DNA of 64,000 nt, taken from assembly GCA_026770705.1 (NCBI GenBank), contig JANJGN010000032.1:14632001-14696000 (forward strand), read 5' to 3'. Origin of the DNA: Isurus oxyrinchus (taxonomy: Eukaryota). Below are positions 50,557 to 62,373 of this stretch, one piece after another. How positions within the stretch are numbered: position 1 is the first letter of the stretch; every line of letters begins with the position of its first letter. Under the pieces are notes generated by a model. That model was not told the origin of the DNA. It was given only the letters and a program-made list of their open reading frames with translations, and did not search any database. Both the position numbers and the translations under genes were made by a program.

Positions 50557-51279
50557 ATTCATTTCAGAGGTAAATTTCTTCTGTATTTTAAAAATTATTT
50601 CATTGAAACTTTTCTTTGTCAGATCTGTTCCTTTATTGTTTGAGCATTCACCTTGCCTCAAGCAGAGCAGGTGGTAATGTTAGTGGACTAGTAACCCAGA
50701 GGCCTGGATTAGTGATCTTTGAGACTATTGAGTTCAAATCCCACCACAGCAGGTGGTGAAATTCAGACAATTAAATAAATCTGGAATTAAAAAGCGAGTA
50801 CCAGCAACGCTGACCATATAACTACTAGATTTTCATAATCTCCTAAAGTTCACTAATGTTTTTCAGGGAGGGTAATCTGTCATCCTTCGTCAGTCTGGCC
50901 TACATGTGACTCCAGAGTCAAAGTAATATGGTTGACTCTTAACTGCCCTCTGAAGTGGCCTAGCAAGCCACTCAGTTGTTAAGAGGTGGCTTGTTATCTA
51001 TTAAGAGCAATTAGGGATGGGCAGTAGACTCTTTCATCTTCAAACCTCATTCTTATTTTAAGACTGGCAATATTAGGGTCACTGGACCGGAAGATATCCA
51101 CTCATGTACTCTATCACCCAAGTGTTATTCTTCAGATTCCTTAACACATTAATGTAAATACTGAAATTGCTTTTCTTGATTCAATTTCTCTTTCAATTCA
51201 GTTTATCTGGCACTTTAAAGAAAGAATAAACAAACTGCCTTCATGTCCTCAGGATGTTCCAAGGCAATTCACAGCCAAC

Positions 51280-51581
51280 TGTTTTGTGCTTTGGTTCCCA
51301 CTTTGAATAGTACTTGGATCTCTCTTCAGATAACTTGTGGCCTTAATCTATATTGGGAAGGTTTCCTTCTATTTATGAGTGACTCAGGTATAACTACAGT
51401 AGGTTTCTTCAAAAACAACTTTATTTACACTATACACAGAATAGGCTTCTAGGTAGGTACATCTCTCTTGTGTACAGACTATTCCATTTTATCTTCTTAA
51501 TCTCATGCATATGACTGCTGATGTTACATCATGATACACATCACTACCTCATTACCATAACTATTAACCCATTATTCTACA
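51280..51581 (-). mobile_element. Solo LTR of an unrelated LTR element
   Basis: TG..CA ends, AATAAA on minus, flanks CCAAC/CCAAT. Interrupts a Deu-SINE tail. Confidence 0.7.
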
Positions 51582-52764
51582 CCAATGACTTACTTTTCAA
51601 GTGTTGTCAGGCTTTTATGCAGCAAACACGGCAGCCAAGGTTGAATTGTAAAGAAGACAGGGTATATTAAATAGTATTGTTAACAGCCTATTTAGTTGTG
51701 AGAGACTGGGTTTGAATAACACTGAAGCAAAATAACTCCTTCATGAGAATCAGAAGCCTCTGTCTGTGGGCAGAATTTTCTGTGCCCGCTGGCATCGGGC
51801 ATGTTTGACAGCGTGAGCGAGCAATACAGCGAGAAGGCCAAAAATCAGTTTCACAATGTCGAGAAACAAGTTTGTGATCGTCCGCTCTGCCCGTCAACGG
51901 AAGGCCGTGTTTCCTGCTGTTGGACGTCGTGAACCTCATTGTAATACATCTGTACATCATCATAGGCCCAGCCTGCTGGAATCATCCCCCTACACTGGGT
52001 CATCCGAGCACGTCAGCGGGAAAATCCGCCGGTGCAGAACATGTCTTGACAAGTGTGATGTGCGGAAGCCAGGTCGTACCATAAGGGCCTTGCTCAGATC
52101 GCGGACATCTGAAGAGCAGAAGATGCTAGAGCCGACAGCAATGGGACGCTGGAGGAACGTGCATTGCATACTGGGTGGATTCTCATGGACATGGCTCTGC
52201 TGCGAAGCAGCTCACGGGAGGTGCAAAGTTATTGTTGAGGGTCTACTTACAAAGGATGATGGTCGAAGGAGTGGAGAGGAAGGTCCTGCTGAGTTTGGGA
52301 GAGGAAGATGTACCGGGGGGTGGGAGAGGAAGGTTGAGGCTCAACTGGAAGAGGAAGGTGTGTCGGGGGGTCATGATGTTGGGAATAGGGGAACAAAAGT
52401 GTTGGGGTGTGATGTTAGGGTGTGATCCAGGGGAATGAGGGTGTCGGGGGGGTGAGGTTAGGAGGGGGGGAAAGAAGGTGTTGGTGGGGTGAGATGGGGG
52501 CAGGGAGTACAAGGGAGGAGGGGGAAATAGGGGAGAAGACGCCAACTGGGGAGGTAGGTGTAATGGGGGGAGGAAGGTGTAGGGGAAGGAGTTTGGGGTG
52601 GAAGGAGTCCGGAGAGGGAAAGGAGTCCAGGGGGAGGAAGAAGTCTGGAAAGGGGAAGGAGTAAAGATGGAGGAAGGAGTAAGAGTGAAGAAAGGAGTCA
52701 GGAAGGGGGAAAGACTAAGGGGAGGTGTGGGGGGAGTCCAGGAAGGGGGGAGTCTGGGAGGTGG

Positions 52765-52854
52765 GGGAAAGGAGTTCCAAGCGGGGAAGAAGTCCCAAGT
52801 GGGGAAGGAATCCCAAGCGGCGAAGGAGTTCCAAGCAGGGAAGGAGTCCCAAGA
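52765..52854 (+). repeat. 18-bp tandem repeat x5 (GGGGAAGGAGTCCCAAGC) in a G-rich low-complexity tract (~52300-53270)
   Basis: Five consecutive 18-nt units read directly. Confidence 0.85.
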
Positions 52855-53756
52855 GAACGAGTCCAGAGGTGGGGATGCCCAGGTGAACATGCAAGGGAGT
52901 GCCCTGTTGAGTCGATGACTGCCTCCTGGGGAGTGAACTGAGGGTGGGCGTGGTAGGAAGGAACGGTGAGATGACTGAGCGCAGAGTGAGGCGGTAGGGT
53001 GAGGGTCCAATGGTATCGGTAGAAGTAACGGCGAGGGTGGTTGGTGGGGACTTGGAGGCAGACACGGGCTCTGGGCGTGGGAGGAGGAGGTGGGGGAAGT
53101 TAACTGGGGGTGGGATTTTCAGGAAGGAAGGAAATGGGCACGTTCACCTGGGCATTAAGAAAAGGGCTGTGGCTGGTAGGTGACGGTGGGGGGGTGGAAG
53201 GTGATGCCGGGGGGGTCAACAGTGATGGGGGAAAGGACACGGGTGAGTGGGGGAGGGGAAAGGATGGGGACTACAAGAAAAAACTGTAGCACTACCATCC
53301 TTGCTAAATTGAAACTGAAACAAGTCTTGGTGGGCAAGAACTTGTGCTGCATGGGAGTGTGGTCAGTGGGCGGGCGGAGATGTAGGGCAGCTCAGATGGA
53401 CAACTGAAAGGGAACCCCAGCAAGCAGCATTGAAAATGCTCGGGACAGTGAGGTGAGTGTGATGAAGGAAGGATCCACGTGTGTGGGAGAGGCTTACACA
53501 AGACTCTGAAAGGCCCTGCCGCACACACACTTCTCCCTCCAGACTCACTGGCGGGCAGTCTGCGTGCAGCTGAACTGCTAGTGGGCGATGGGGTGGGGGG
53601 GTGGGCAGGCGGTGATGGTGGGGGAGCAGGCAGGGGGAGGACTTGCAGAGCCTGTCAATGAAGCTGAAAGACACCATTACACGTTATTCAGTGAAAGTGA
53701 ATATATTTTCAGATTATAAAGTGACAAAATGTGTTCACCTGAGTAACCACTTGTGA

Positions 53757-55475
53757 TCAGAAATTCTTAACTTTTCTAGAACTACCATTTCTTCTAGGTG
53801 CTGCCCTGACATCCGCAGCAGGGGTGGAGACAGCCTGTGCAATGGTTGGCCCTGTTGCCTCTGATGATTTTGGCGTGTGTCCTCTGGAGAGCCGAGGCCT
53901 TGAGGGCCCTGACTTGCTTTGACTGTCCTTCTGTGGACCAGCTGCTCCCTCTGCGGTGACAGAGGATGAGGTTGAGGGGGTGACAGGCAAAGGGGACTCG
54001 GAGGGAGAGGGCAGCCTCTGAGATTCCTGAGTGGATGACCCAGGGGTGTCCAGCTGCTGCTCCTCCTCCGTTTGGGTGCCTGAGAGCCCCGGCCCAACTC
54101 CTTGAGGGGAAGGAGCACCTGGAGGGACGCTGAGGTGCCGCATTTCCCTTTTGTGTTGTCACTGCAGGAACTCACCCATGGCTACCGCGATGGAGTGCTG
54201 GCCTGCGCGCATCTCCATGTTCTGCTGGACCAGGTTCTCCATTGGATCCGCCATCCTTCCCATGGAGACCTCCATATGCACACATGTGGGCATCACTTCA
54301 TCAGAGAGCAGGGGGACCCACTCCTCTGACTCACGTGCCGCTCTGTTGAGGGCTTCCAACAGCTCTGCGTGATGTTCCCCCACCTTCTGCTGACTCTCCA
54401 CGATGAGTTGGAAGGCCAAATCCAGAGGCTTGTCAACTGACTCAGGCCTCACAGATGCTTCTTCCCCAGCAGTTCTCTGAGTGCCAGGGAGCTCGGCTGA
54501 ACCTGCCTCCCCTGCTGCGGACATGTGTCCGTGCAGCGACCACCAGATTGTGAATCTGAGCCTATTCTAGATCTAGGTCCCACCGAAATGTGTGTCTCTG
54601 TGCTGGTGGAGGGTGTTGGTAAGCGCTGTGACGGGTCTTCCAGGCTGCTTATTTCCAGCTCTTCAATGGAGGAGGTGTTTCTTGGCTGGAGGTGAGGATG
54701 TGGATGGAGCTGAGGGACTGGCCGGCTGAGGGTGTCGGTCGCTTGGCAGAGTTCCCTGTGAACCAAAGTAGAGATAATTAATGCACGGCAGCAGAGTCTA
54801 AAGCAGGAGAGAGAGCACTCACAGTTACATTGAGAGAGGGACGATGTGGTGCAGGATCCTCACGTGGGTGTTCACCGCTGACCTCACCATCACCACAGGC
54901 ACTGTCCACGTCCTCACCAGTCAGTGCGATGGCTCACTCCTCAAAGTGAGTGAGGGGCCTAATGTGGGCCACTCCACCCCCAGTCTGGGACCTCTCGCTG
55001 CACGAAAACAGATGGAGCGTGTGTGAGCAGGACGCATGGCACTGAGTGGAATGTTTCTGTGGTGAGCGGAGCCATGGACAAGATGAGGACATGAGCTCCA
55101 GAGGGTATGAGCCTGATGGAAATGTGAGGGTGTGTATGAGAGTTAGTCTATAGTGAGAGAGAGAGAGTTAGTCCCTTGAGTTGTGAGATCCCTGTGGAGG
55201 TGTGATGGGTTTGTGAGTGTGTGAGTTGAGAGTGATGAGATGAGTGACTTATCCAGGTGGAACGGATGAGACCATTCATCCTCTTGCGACGCTGGGTGGC
55301 TGTCCTCTTTTGCAGGGCATTGGTGCTGACCACCACCTCCCATGCAGGATTGGTGACCTTGCTTGCTGGAGCTGAGGTAAAGGGCATCATGGCACACCTT
55401 CACTGCATCCAAAAGGCACTTGAGGGATGCATCATTAAACCAGGGGGCTGCAGTTTTCTTGTCTTTTGGGGCCAT
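53757..55475 (-). pseudogene. Harbinger Myb/SANT-like DNA-binding protein (spliced, degenerate)
   Basis: MAPKDKKTAAPWFNDASLKCLLDAV..AWEVVVSTNALQKRTATQRRKRMNGL. Collinear with 58429-60543. Confidence 0.8.
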
Positions 55476-56989
55476 GTCTTCCATGCAGCAGTCCTGGCTA
55501 GAAGCACTGAGAGGTGTGCATGCACCTGCACTTTAAATATGGTGCCTGGCATGATGAACTGGCGGGGTGATGGCGTTACGAGCCCACCCACCATGGAAAC
55601 GGTGTGTTTCCTGGGAATGCATGATGATTGAGGTGGGTTTGGGATGATACAGCGTGATAAGCTGCATTGCGGCCAGTGGGTAAAATGTCCTTTTTCTCAC
55701 CCGCTACTGCACTTAGTGCAAATCTGGGATGATTCCACCTTGTGTCTTAGCCATGCTGTAACTCTGACCATATTTTGCTTTAGAAGCTTAACAAATAAAA
55801 TTACTTCCAGGGCCAGGTACTCCTGCTGGATACATGTATAATTACATACACCATCTTAAACACACCAGTAAAGCTAAATCCTGATTATTGCCTAGATGCT
55901 GTTTTTATTAAATTATATACAGAAACTATAAAGGTAACCAGCAATAATCACAAGGAACTCATTTAATTAATTCATTAATGAGCTCAATTAATGTCCTAAT
56001 GGTGAGATGAGAATGCAGCCTTGAAATCATTTATACAATCCCCGCAATCTGCTTCCCCTCCCTATTGTTTATTCAATATTGTTGGAGAATAGAATCTTTG
56101 CAATGAAAAGCATTAGCCCATTCAAATTGTCCAATTCCATTCTAACTCCTGATGAAAGCTAATGTTTTTGAAACGCAGCAAGATTTGAAGTTACTCATTT
56201 CTTACTGTTTTGGGCTGATTTCTGTAATAAATCACAGGCCGCTCGCAGCAAGCTCGGTAATAATACTAGGAGAAGGGGATGGGATGAGATTGATTTTCAT
56301 ATGAAGTCAGTCAGGGTTAAGGTAACATTGAAGCAGGAATTAAATTCAGGCTGCCGCATTGCTTAACATTTGCATGTGAGGCAGGAATTAAGGCAAACTC
56401 ATGAATATGAATGAAGCAGAGGTGCACCGCATCAGTTGCTGCTTCCTGAAAATCCTTTAATAATTAAACGCTGTCTCCTTTCAACCGACGGGGATTCAGT
56501 AAAGCAAGTAAATGTTGAATGTGAAAACATCTTCATCATTGGACAGTATCAAGACTTCAAAGGTTGTGAAGAGGAAGCCTGGCAGCATCTTCTTGGCAAA
56601 TAAACTATTGCCACTATCTTATTGTCCTCATTAATACTGCATTTGCATTACAATGCAGTCATATAAACAAGGTACTGCCAGTGCAGCTGGTGTGCATGGA
56701 TACCCACCTAGGGAAGTACTTTTTCTCTGCTCCGCTGGAGGTGCTGTGTTGCCATTAGCTAGAAGAAAGAGACATAATGCCACTTCTCAACACAATTTTA
56801 GAAAGATATCTTGCATTTATATAGTGCCTTTCACAACCACAGGATGTGCAAAAGCGCTTTATAGGCATTGAAGTACTTGGAAAGTGTAGTCAATGTTGCA
56901 TTGATGGCAACAATTAGATTTTAAAATGCTTGCACTAACTAAGCATATTTGATTACGTCATTTTTTTCAGTCCCCACTTCAAATTACGT

Positions 56990-57762
56990 TCCTTAGCTAC
57001 CGATTTCATCCCTCTCCCTGGCAAAAGTCTAATACTAAACCAATCTTTTCCCAATTTTGGTGTATTTGACCCCTGGCTGAGTTTCTGACCACATATTTGC
57101 GCCATCAGTAAGATCACTTATTTCTATCTCCATAACATCGCTCGACTCCCCGCCTGTCTCAGCTCATCTGCTGCTGAAACCCTCATCCGTGCTTCATTAC
57201 TTCTAGACTTGACTATTCCAACACACTACCCCATTCTACCCTCCATAATCTTGAGACCATCCAAATCTCTGCTGCCTTTGTCTTAACTCGTACCAAGTCC
57301 CATTTCCCTATCACCTCCTGTGCTCACTGACCTACATTGGCTCCCAGTCAAGCAACATCTTGATTTTAAAATTCTCAATCTTATTTTCAAATCCTTCCAT
57401 GGTCTTGCCCCTCCCTATCTCTGTAATCTGTTCCATTCCCCCAACTCTCCAAGATATCTGCACTCCTCTAATTCTGGCCTCTTGAGGGTCTCTGTTTATA
57501 ATTGCTCTACCACTGGTGGCTATGCCTTCAGTTATCCAAGCCCTGAGCTCTGGAATACCCTTCCTATACCTCACTGCCTCTCCACCTCTTTCCTCCTTTA
57601 AGATGCTCCTTAAAACTTACCTCTTTAACCAAACTTTTGGTTATCTGACCTAATATCTCCTTATGTGGCTCAGGGTCATACTTTGCTTTATAATGTCCCT
57701 GTGGAGTGCCTGAGGATGTTATATTACATTAAAAGCTCTATACAAATATAAGTTGCTGTTGT
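56990..57762 (+). mobile_element. L2-type LINE 3' portion
   Basis: AAETLI..ITSRLDYSN..LHWLPVKQHLDFKIL and the L2-type terminus. Short ends also at 3135-3395 (+) and 36000-36195 (-). Confidence 0.85.
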
Positions 57763-58428
57763 TTTTAAAGTGCTTTCAGATGTTATAACATGAGGGCTTT
57801 ATTCTTTCATATTGGCGTTGGGGAGGGGCCACTGCCTGTTTCTGGGGCTGGGGCTTCCTTTCGGTAATGCCGGTCCCCTACCTATTCAATTCGGTAAATC
57901 CAGCCACCAGCCAGTTTTCGCGAAGCTGGCAAGTTCATATTGGGACCGCCATCAGCTGAGCCCCAAAAGGACTCCATTTACATCAATATATAAGCAGCTG
58001 ATTGCAAATAGTATTATTTCCCAACAAGTGCTCAGCCCTTTCACAAAATGTGTGCTACATCAGAGATAATGGCGCAGTGAAGGGGATGGCAAAAGTGCTT
58101 TACAGAGCTTTACTGTTGAGGTTACCACATAAAACATAAGGCAGAATAATCTCTGAATTGCACTAAGTGCAACAGCAGGCGTGAAAAAAGATGTTTTTTC
58201 CCTCTGGTCACAAGGGCGGGTTTTTGCATCTTATCGTCCGCTTCCCACTGCGTCCCACCTCATTAATAATGCATGTACAGGAAACATGCCAGATCGCTGG
58301 CAGGCAGGCTTGGGTTTTCCAGCCACACTGTGACCTCAGCGTTTCCTTGCTCCAGACGTCATATTTTAAGCGTGCCACAGCGTGGCCTACTTCGTGTCTT
58401 CAGACCAGAGGACTGCTCCAGGCGACAT

Positions 58429-60543
58429 ATGGCCCCGAAAGCAAAGAAGACGGCAGTCCCCAAATTTAGTGGCTCCTCTCTGGGGTGCCTGCTGGGTGTA
58501 GTGGAAGCCTGCTGCAAACTCCTCTAGCCCTGTTCTCGGCGAAGGCCAGTCACCAAGCTCACCAATCCAGCATTGGGGGAGGTGGTGGCTGTGGTGAATG
58601 CCAACGCCCTCCAAAAGTGGACAGCCACCCAGTGCTGCAAGAGGATGAATGATCTCCTCCATGCCACCTGTGAAAGTCATTCTTCTCATCTCTCTCAACT
58701 CACACACTCACAAACCCATCACACATCCACAGGGTTCGCACTCACTGTCAACTCAAGGGACATCATCACTCACTCTCTCACAAACACCCTCATCTCCCCT
58801 TCCCATGTCCTCATGCCAACCATGGCACTACTCATACTCCACACATGCCAGGCATCCTTCTCATCTGGCCTGGCAAGCATCTTGCTTACCCTCTCTCCAT
58901 CTGTCTCCATGCAGGATAAGCTCGCCCACAACAACAAGGAGAGGTCGCAGACCGGTGGAGGAATGCCTGACATCAAGGTCCTCATGGCCTTTGAAAATGG
59001 AGCCATCCAGCTGGCTGGTGAGGATGTGGACCGTTCCTGCACAGGTGGTGAGGTCAATGGTGCTCAACCAAATGAGGATCCTTCACTGCAACATCCATCA
59101 GACAACCACACTGAGAGTGATGTCTCCTGTTTCACAGTCTCCTGCCATGCACTAATTATCTCTCTTTTCTATCACAGGCACATCTAGGAAGCAGTCGAGG
59201 GTGACCATGTGCCAGGTCCTCAACTCCAGCCCTGAGGACACCATGGAAGAGGAATCCGCAGACACTGACATTGAAGACCCGTCACAACGCTCACCCACAC
59301 TTTCCACAGCGCAGAGACACACACCTTGGTGGGACCTAGCTCTAGAGTAGCCTCAGGGTCACAATCTGGTGAGCACACTGCACTGTCTGATCCACAGCAG
59401 GCGGAGGCAAGGAAATCTAAGGTTGCTGGCACTTGGAGGACTGCTGGTGGCCAGGAATCTGCTGAGTTCGAGTCAGATGAGGAGCCTCTGGACTCGGTTC
59501 TACCTCAGTTGCTGGAGCTGCAAAGGCAAGCTCGGAAATATCAGGAAAAGATGTCTACTTCACTCCTCAGATCACGAGGCATGATGGAGGAGTCCGTCCG
59601 CCTTCAGTCTGAGGTGATAGGGCTGGCATGCTAACACACCGAGGTCAACACTGGTAGGATGGCAGCCACCATGGAGACCTTGGTCCAGGTCATTGGTCCT
59701 GCACCGCTGAAGGAGCTGTACTCCATCGCAGAGACACTTGCTGGCATCCATCAGTGTCAACGGGAGGAGGGGGACGGGGCATCTCGAGCTCACTCCAGCT
59801 GCCCTTTCCCAGAGGAAGTGTGCCAACATGCCTGAGCCTAAGTGCCAGAATTGGAGGTCTAGCCGCAAATTGTGCAGCAGATCTTCTGACTCATCTCAAC
59901 ATGGTCAAGACAACATCTGAAGTGACAATGGCTACATTTCTCAGAGTGATCCAGGAGTTCCTTGGCTTCCTTTTGGTGGCCTTCACATTACTTTTGTTTG
60001 GGTTGCTGTCTGCAGGATAAATCATGCAATATATAACCATGAACTGACCATGTCTGATGAAGTTTCATGTTCCTTACTGCACTGCCTTCCTCCTACCTTC
60101 TTCCTGTGAATTCCTGTTGGCACTATATGTGAGAAGAATTGTATCCATAAATCTGGCTGTTAAGCAATGATTGGCCTTTGAGGCTTGATGTATAATATCT
60201 CCTCTCAAGGAGTCAGCCAAGGGCCCTTGGGCACCCAGAGGGAGGAGGATCAGCAGATGCACACCCCAGGGCCATCCACCTAGGTGACATCCGGATCCCT
60301 TCTTCCTGTGATCCCAGCAGCTGCAGCTCCACAGGCCGAGGAGGGTGCCACTGCAACACAGCAGGACCCTGAAAGCAGGCCGGGGCCCTCCAGGTCTCGG
60401 CCCTCCAGAGGACACCCGCCAAGGTCATCACAGACAGGGAGCAGCAGTCAGCAGGCTACCCCCACCTCTGCTGTGGATGTGGGGAGAGCACCAAACATAG
60501 CAGCAGGGTTAGGAAGGTTAAGAAGATGTCGATGCACAGCCTG
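58429..60543 (+). pseudogene. Harbinger Myb/SANT-like protein (NAIF1/MSANTD-like)
   Basis: MAPKAKKTAVPKFS..WGEVVAVVNANALQKWTATQCCKRMNDL, intron, then DKLAHNNKERSQTGGG. Contains stops. Confidence 0.8.
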
Positions 60544-61191
60544 AGCACGAGTGTTAATCACTTGCAATTAATACTCACGATTGTAAATAAACTCCCAAGA
60601 ATGTCTCATTGCCTATGACTCCATGCTGTGATGAGCAGTGTTTGTGATGAGTGATGAGATGGGGGTCCAGCCCCACCTTAAATTCAGATGTGAAATCTTG
60701 GTTCTTGCACAGAAGAAGGTAAGTCTCTGAGTCCAGGGCCTCTTCCCTGTGCAGTGTGTAACCTTCAGACTGAAGTGATGGTCCAGCTTCACACTCCTTG
60801 GACACATTACTATTGCCTGCACCTCGATGGTGCTTGTTATTGCTGCCAGAACGTAGTGGGCAGGCATCACAGAGTTCCGTCATTCTCTCTGTGTGCTCTC
60901 AGCATCTTTGAGGTGGGGCTGGCCCCCATCACTTCAACATCTGTGTCCGGTGACAGTATGGTCCTAAAGGGGACATGTGATGAAGGCTGAAAAAAGATCA
61001 GGTGCTGTTGAAGTATCACGGCTGTGTGTCCATGATATGACTCTGTTCACAGAGTGGAAGCGAGCTGCCCTCAGCCAGACAAGAATCAAACATTCACAGA
61101 TGCAATGTGAGGATGTCAGGAGTGTCCTCACTGCATATTGTCATCATCCTCCACAAATCTTGCAGCTATAAGGGCCTCCCGAGCGCTTACC

Positions 61192-62373
61192 TCATCTGGC
61201 CACTGCAACAGCCTCTTCACTGGCATCCTCACCTTCCAGGACCTCATCACCTTTATGCCCTTCGACATTCCTCCTCATTGGAGGAGATGTGCAGCTCCTC
61301 CATCTCCTCCTCAGCCTAGTCCTCCCTCTGTTGCAACGCCAGGTTGTGTAGCGCGCAGCAAATGACAATGATGCGTGACACCCTCTGGGGACTGTACTGC
61401 AGGGCTCCACTGGACCTGTCAAGGCACCGGAACCTTATTTTTAAGATGCCAATCATGTGCTCCACCAAAGTCTGGGTTGCAGCACGAGCCTCATTATACC
61501 ATCACTCCGCTGCAGTCTGAAGCTGCCACACGGGCTTCATCAGCCACGTCCTCTGCAGGTAGCCCTTGTCCCCGAGGAGCCAACCCTGCAGCCTCTGTGG
61601 ACCCTGGAAGATGTCAGGGACCAGAGACCTGCTAAGGATGGAGGAGTCATGGATGCTCCCTGGGGATTGTGCGCAGACCTGCATGTTGCATTTGTTGTGG
61701 TTGCAGACCAGCTGAACATTCAGCGAGTAGAAGCCCTTGCAGTTGATGTACTGGACTGCTTGTTGCCAAGGAGATCTAAGTGCCACATGAGTGCAGTTGA
61801 TGACATACTGCACCTGTGGGAAACCAGAGATCTGCACAAATCCCAGCACTCTTGCTTCTTGGCTTTCCTAATCCCGGGTGAAATGCACAAAGTTCTGCGC
61901 CTTCGAGAAGATGGCGTCCATGACCTCCTGGATACACTTGTGGGTGGAGGCTTTGAGATCCTGCACAGATCACCTACGGAGCCCTGGAAGGAGCCACTGG
62001 TGTAAAAATTGAGCACCACTGTCACTTTCATGGCCACTGGCAGTGGATGCCCTCCAAGTCCCCATTGTTCCAAATCCTGCAGAAAGTGGCATGTGTGACT
62101 GACCAGTTCCATAGTCATGCGCAATCTTTGGCGACACTGGTTGTCACACATCTGCAGGAATGACAAGCACCATCTATAGACCCTGGGTCTAGCGAGGTGC
62201 CTATGAGCGACGGCTCACTGTGGATCTTCAGCTGCATCCAGAGGAGGCCCTGCCATCCCTTCATCTTGAGGGTGGTGCTCCTCCCTTTGCCGAGACAGGT
62301 GCCCCCACCGGTCTCCTCTTCTTCTCTGCTCCCTGTAAGCCATGAGGTATACTGGTAAATCACCAGGCTCCAT
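61192..62373 (-). pseudogene. Harbinger DDE transposase (HARBI1-like)
   Basis: GHPLPVAMKVTVVLNFYTSGSFQGSVGDL..GFPQVQYVINCTHVAL..NCKGFYSLNVQLVC..PGSIHDSSIL..WLLGDKGY, frameshifted. Confidence 0.92.

Larger units (their letters stand above)
51768..55740 (-). mobile_element. PIF/Harbinger element 1 (Myb/SANT gene only, no nuclease seen)
   Basis: Imperfect TIRs GGGCAGAATT../..GATTCCACCT and 3-bp TSD TGT. Both subterminal regions are homologous to those of 58139-63576. Confidence 0.8.

Noticed and set aside
52765-52854. Regularly spaced repeats as a CRISPR array
   Set aside because: Units are contiguous with no unique spacers, there are no cas genes, and the context is eukaryotic.
52243-53065. 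Long Pro-rich and Gly/Glu-rich ORFs (255 aa etc.)
   Set aside because: By-products of a G-rich low-complexity tract that lacks stop codons. No domain signal.
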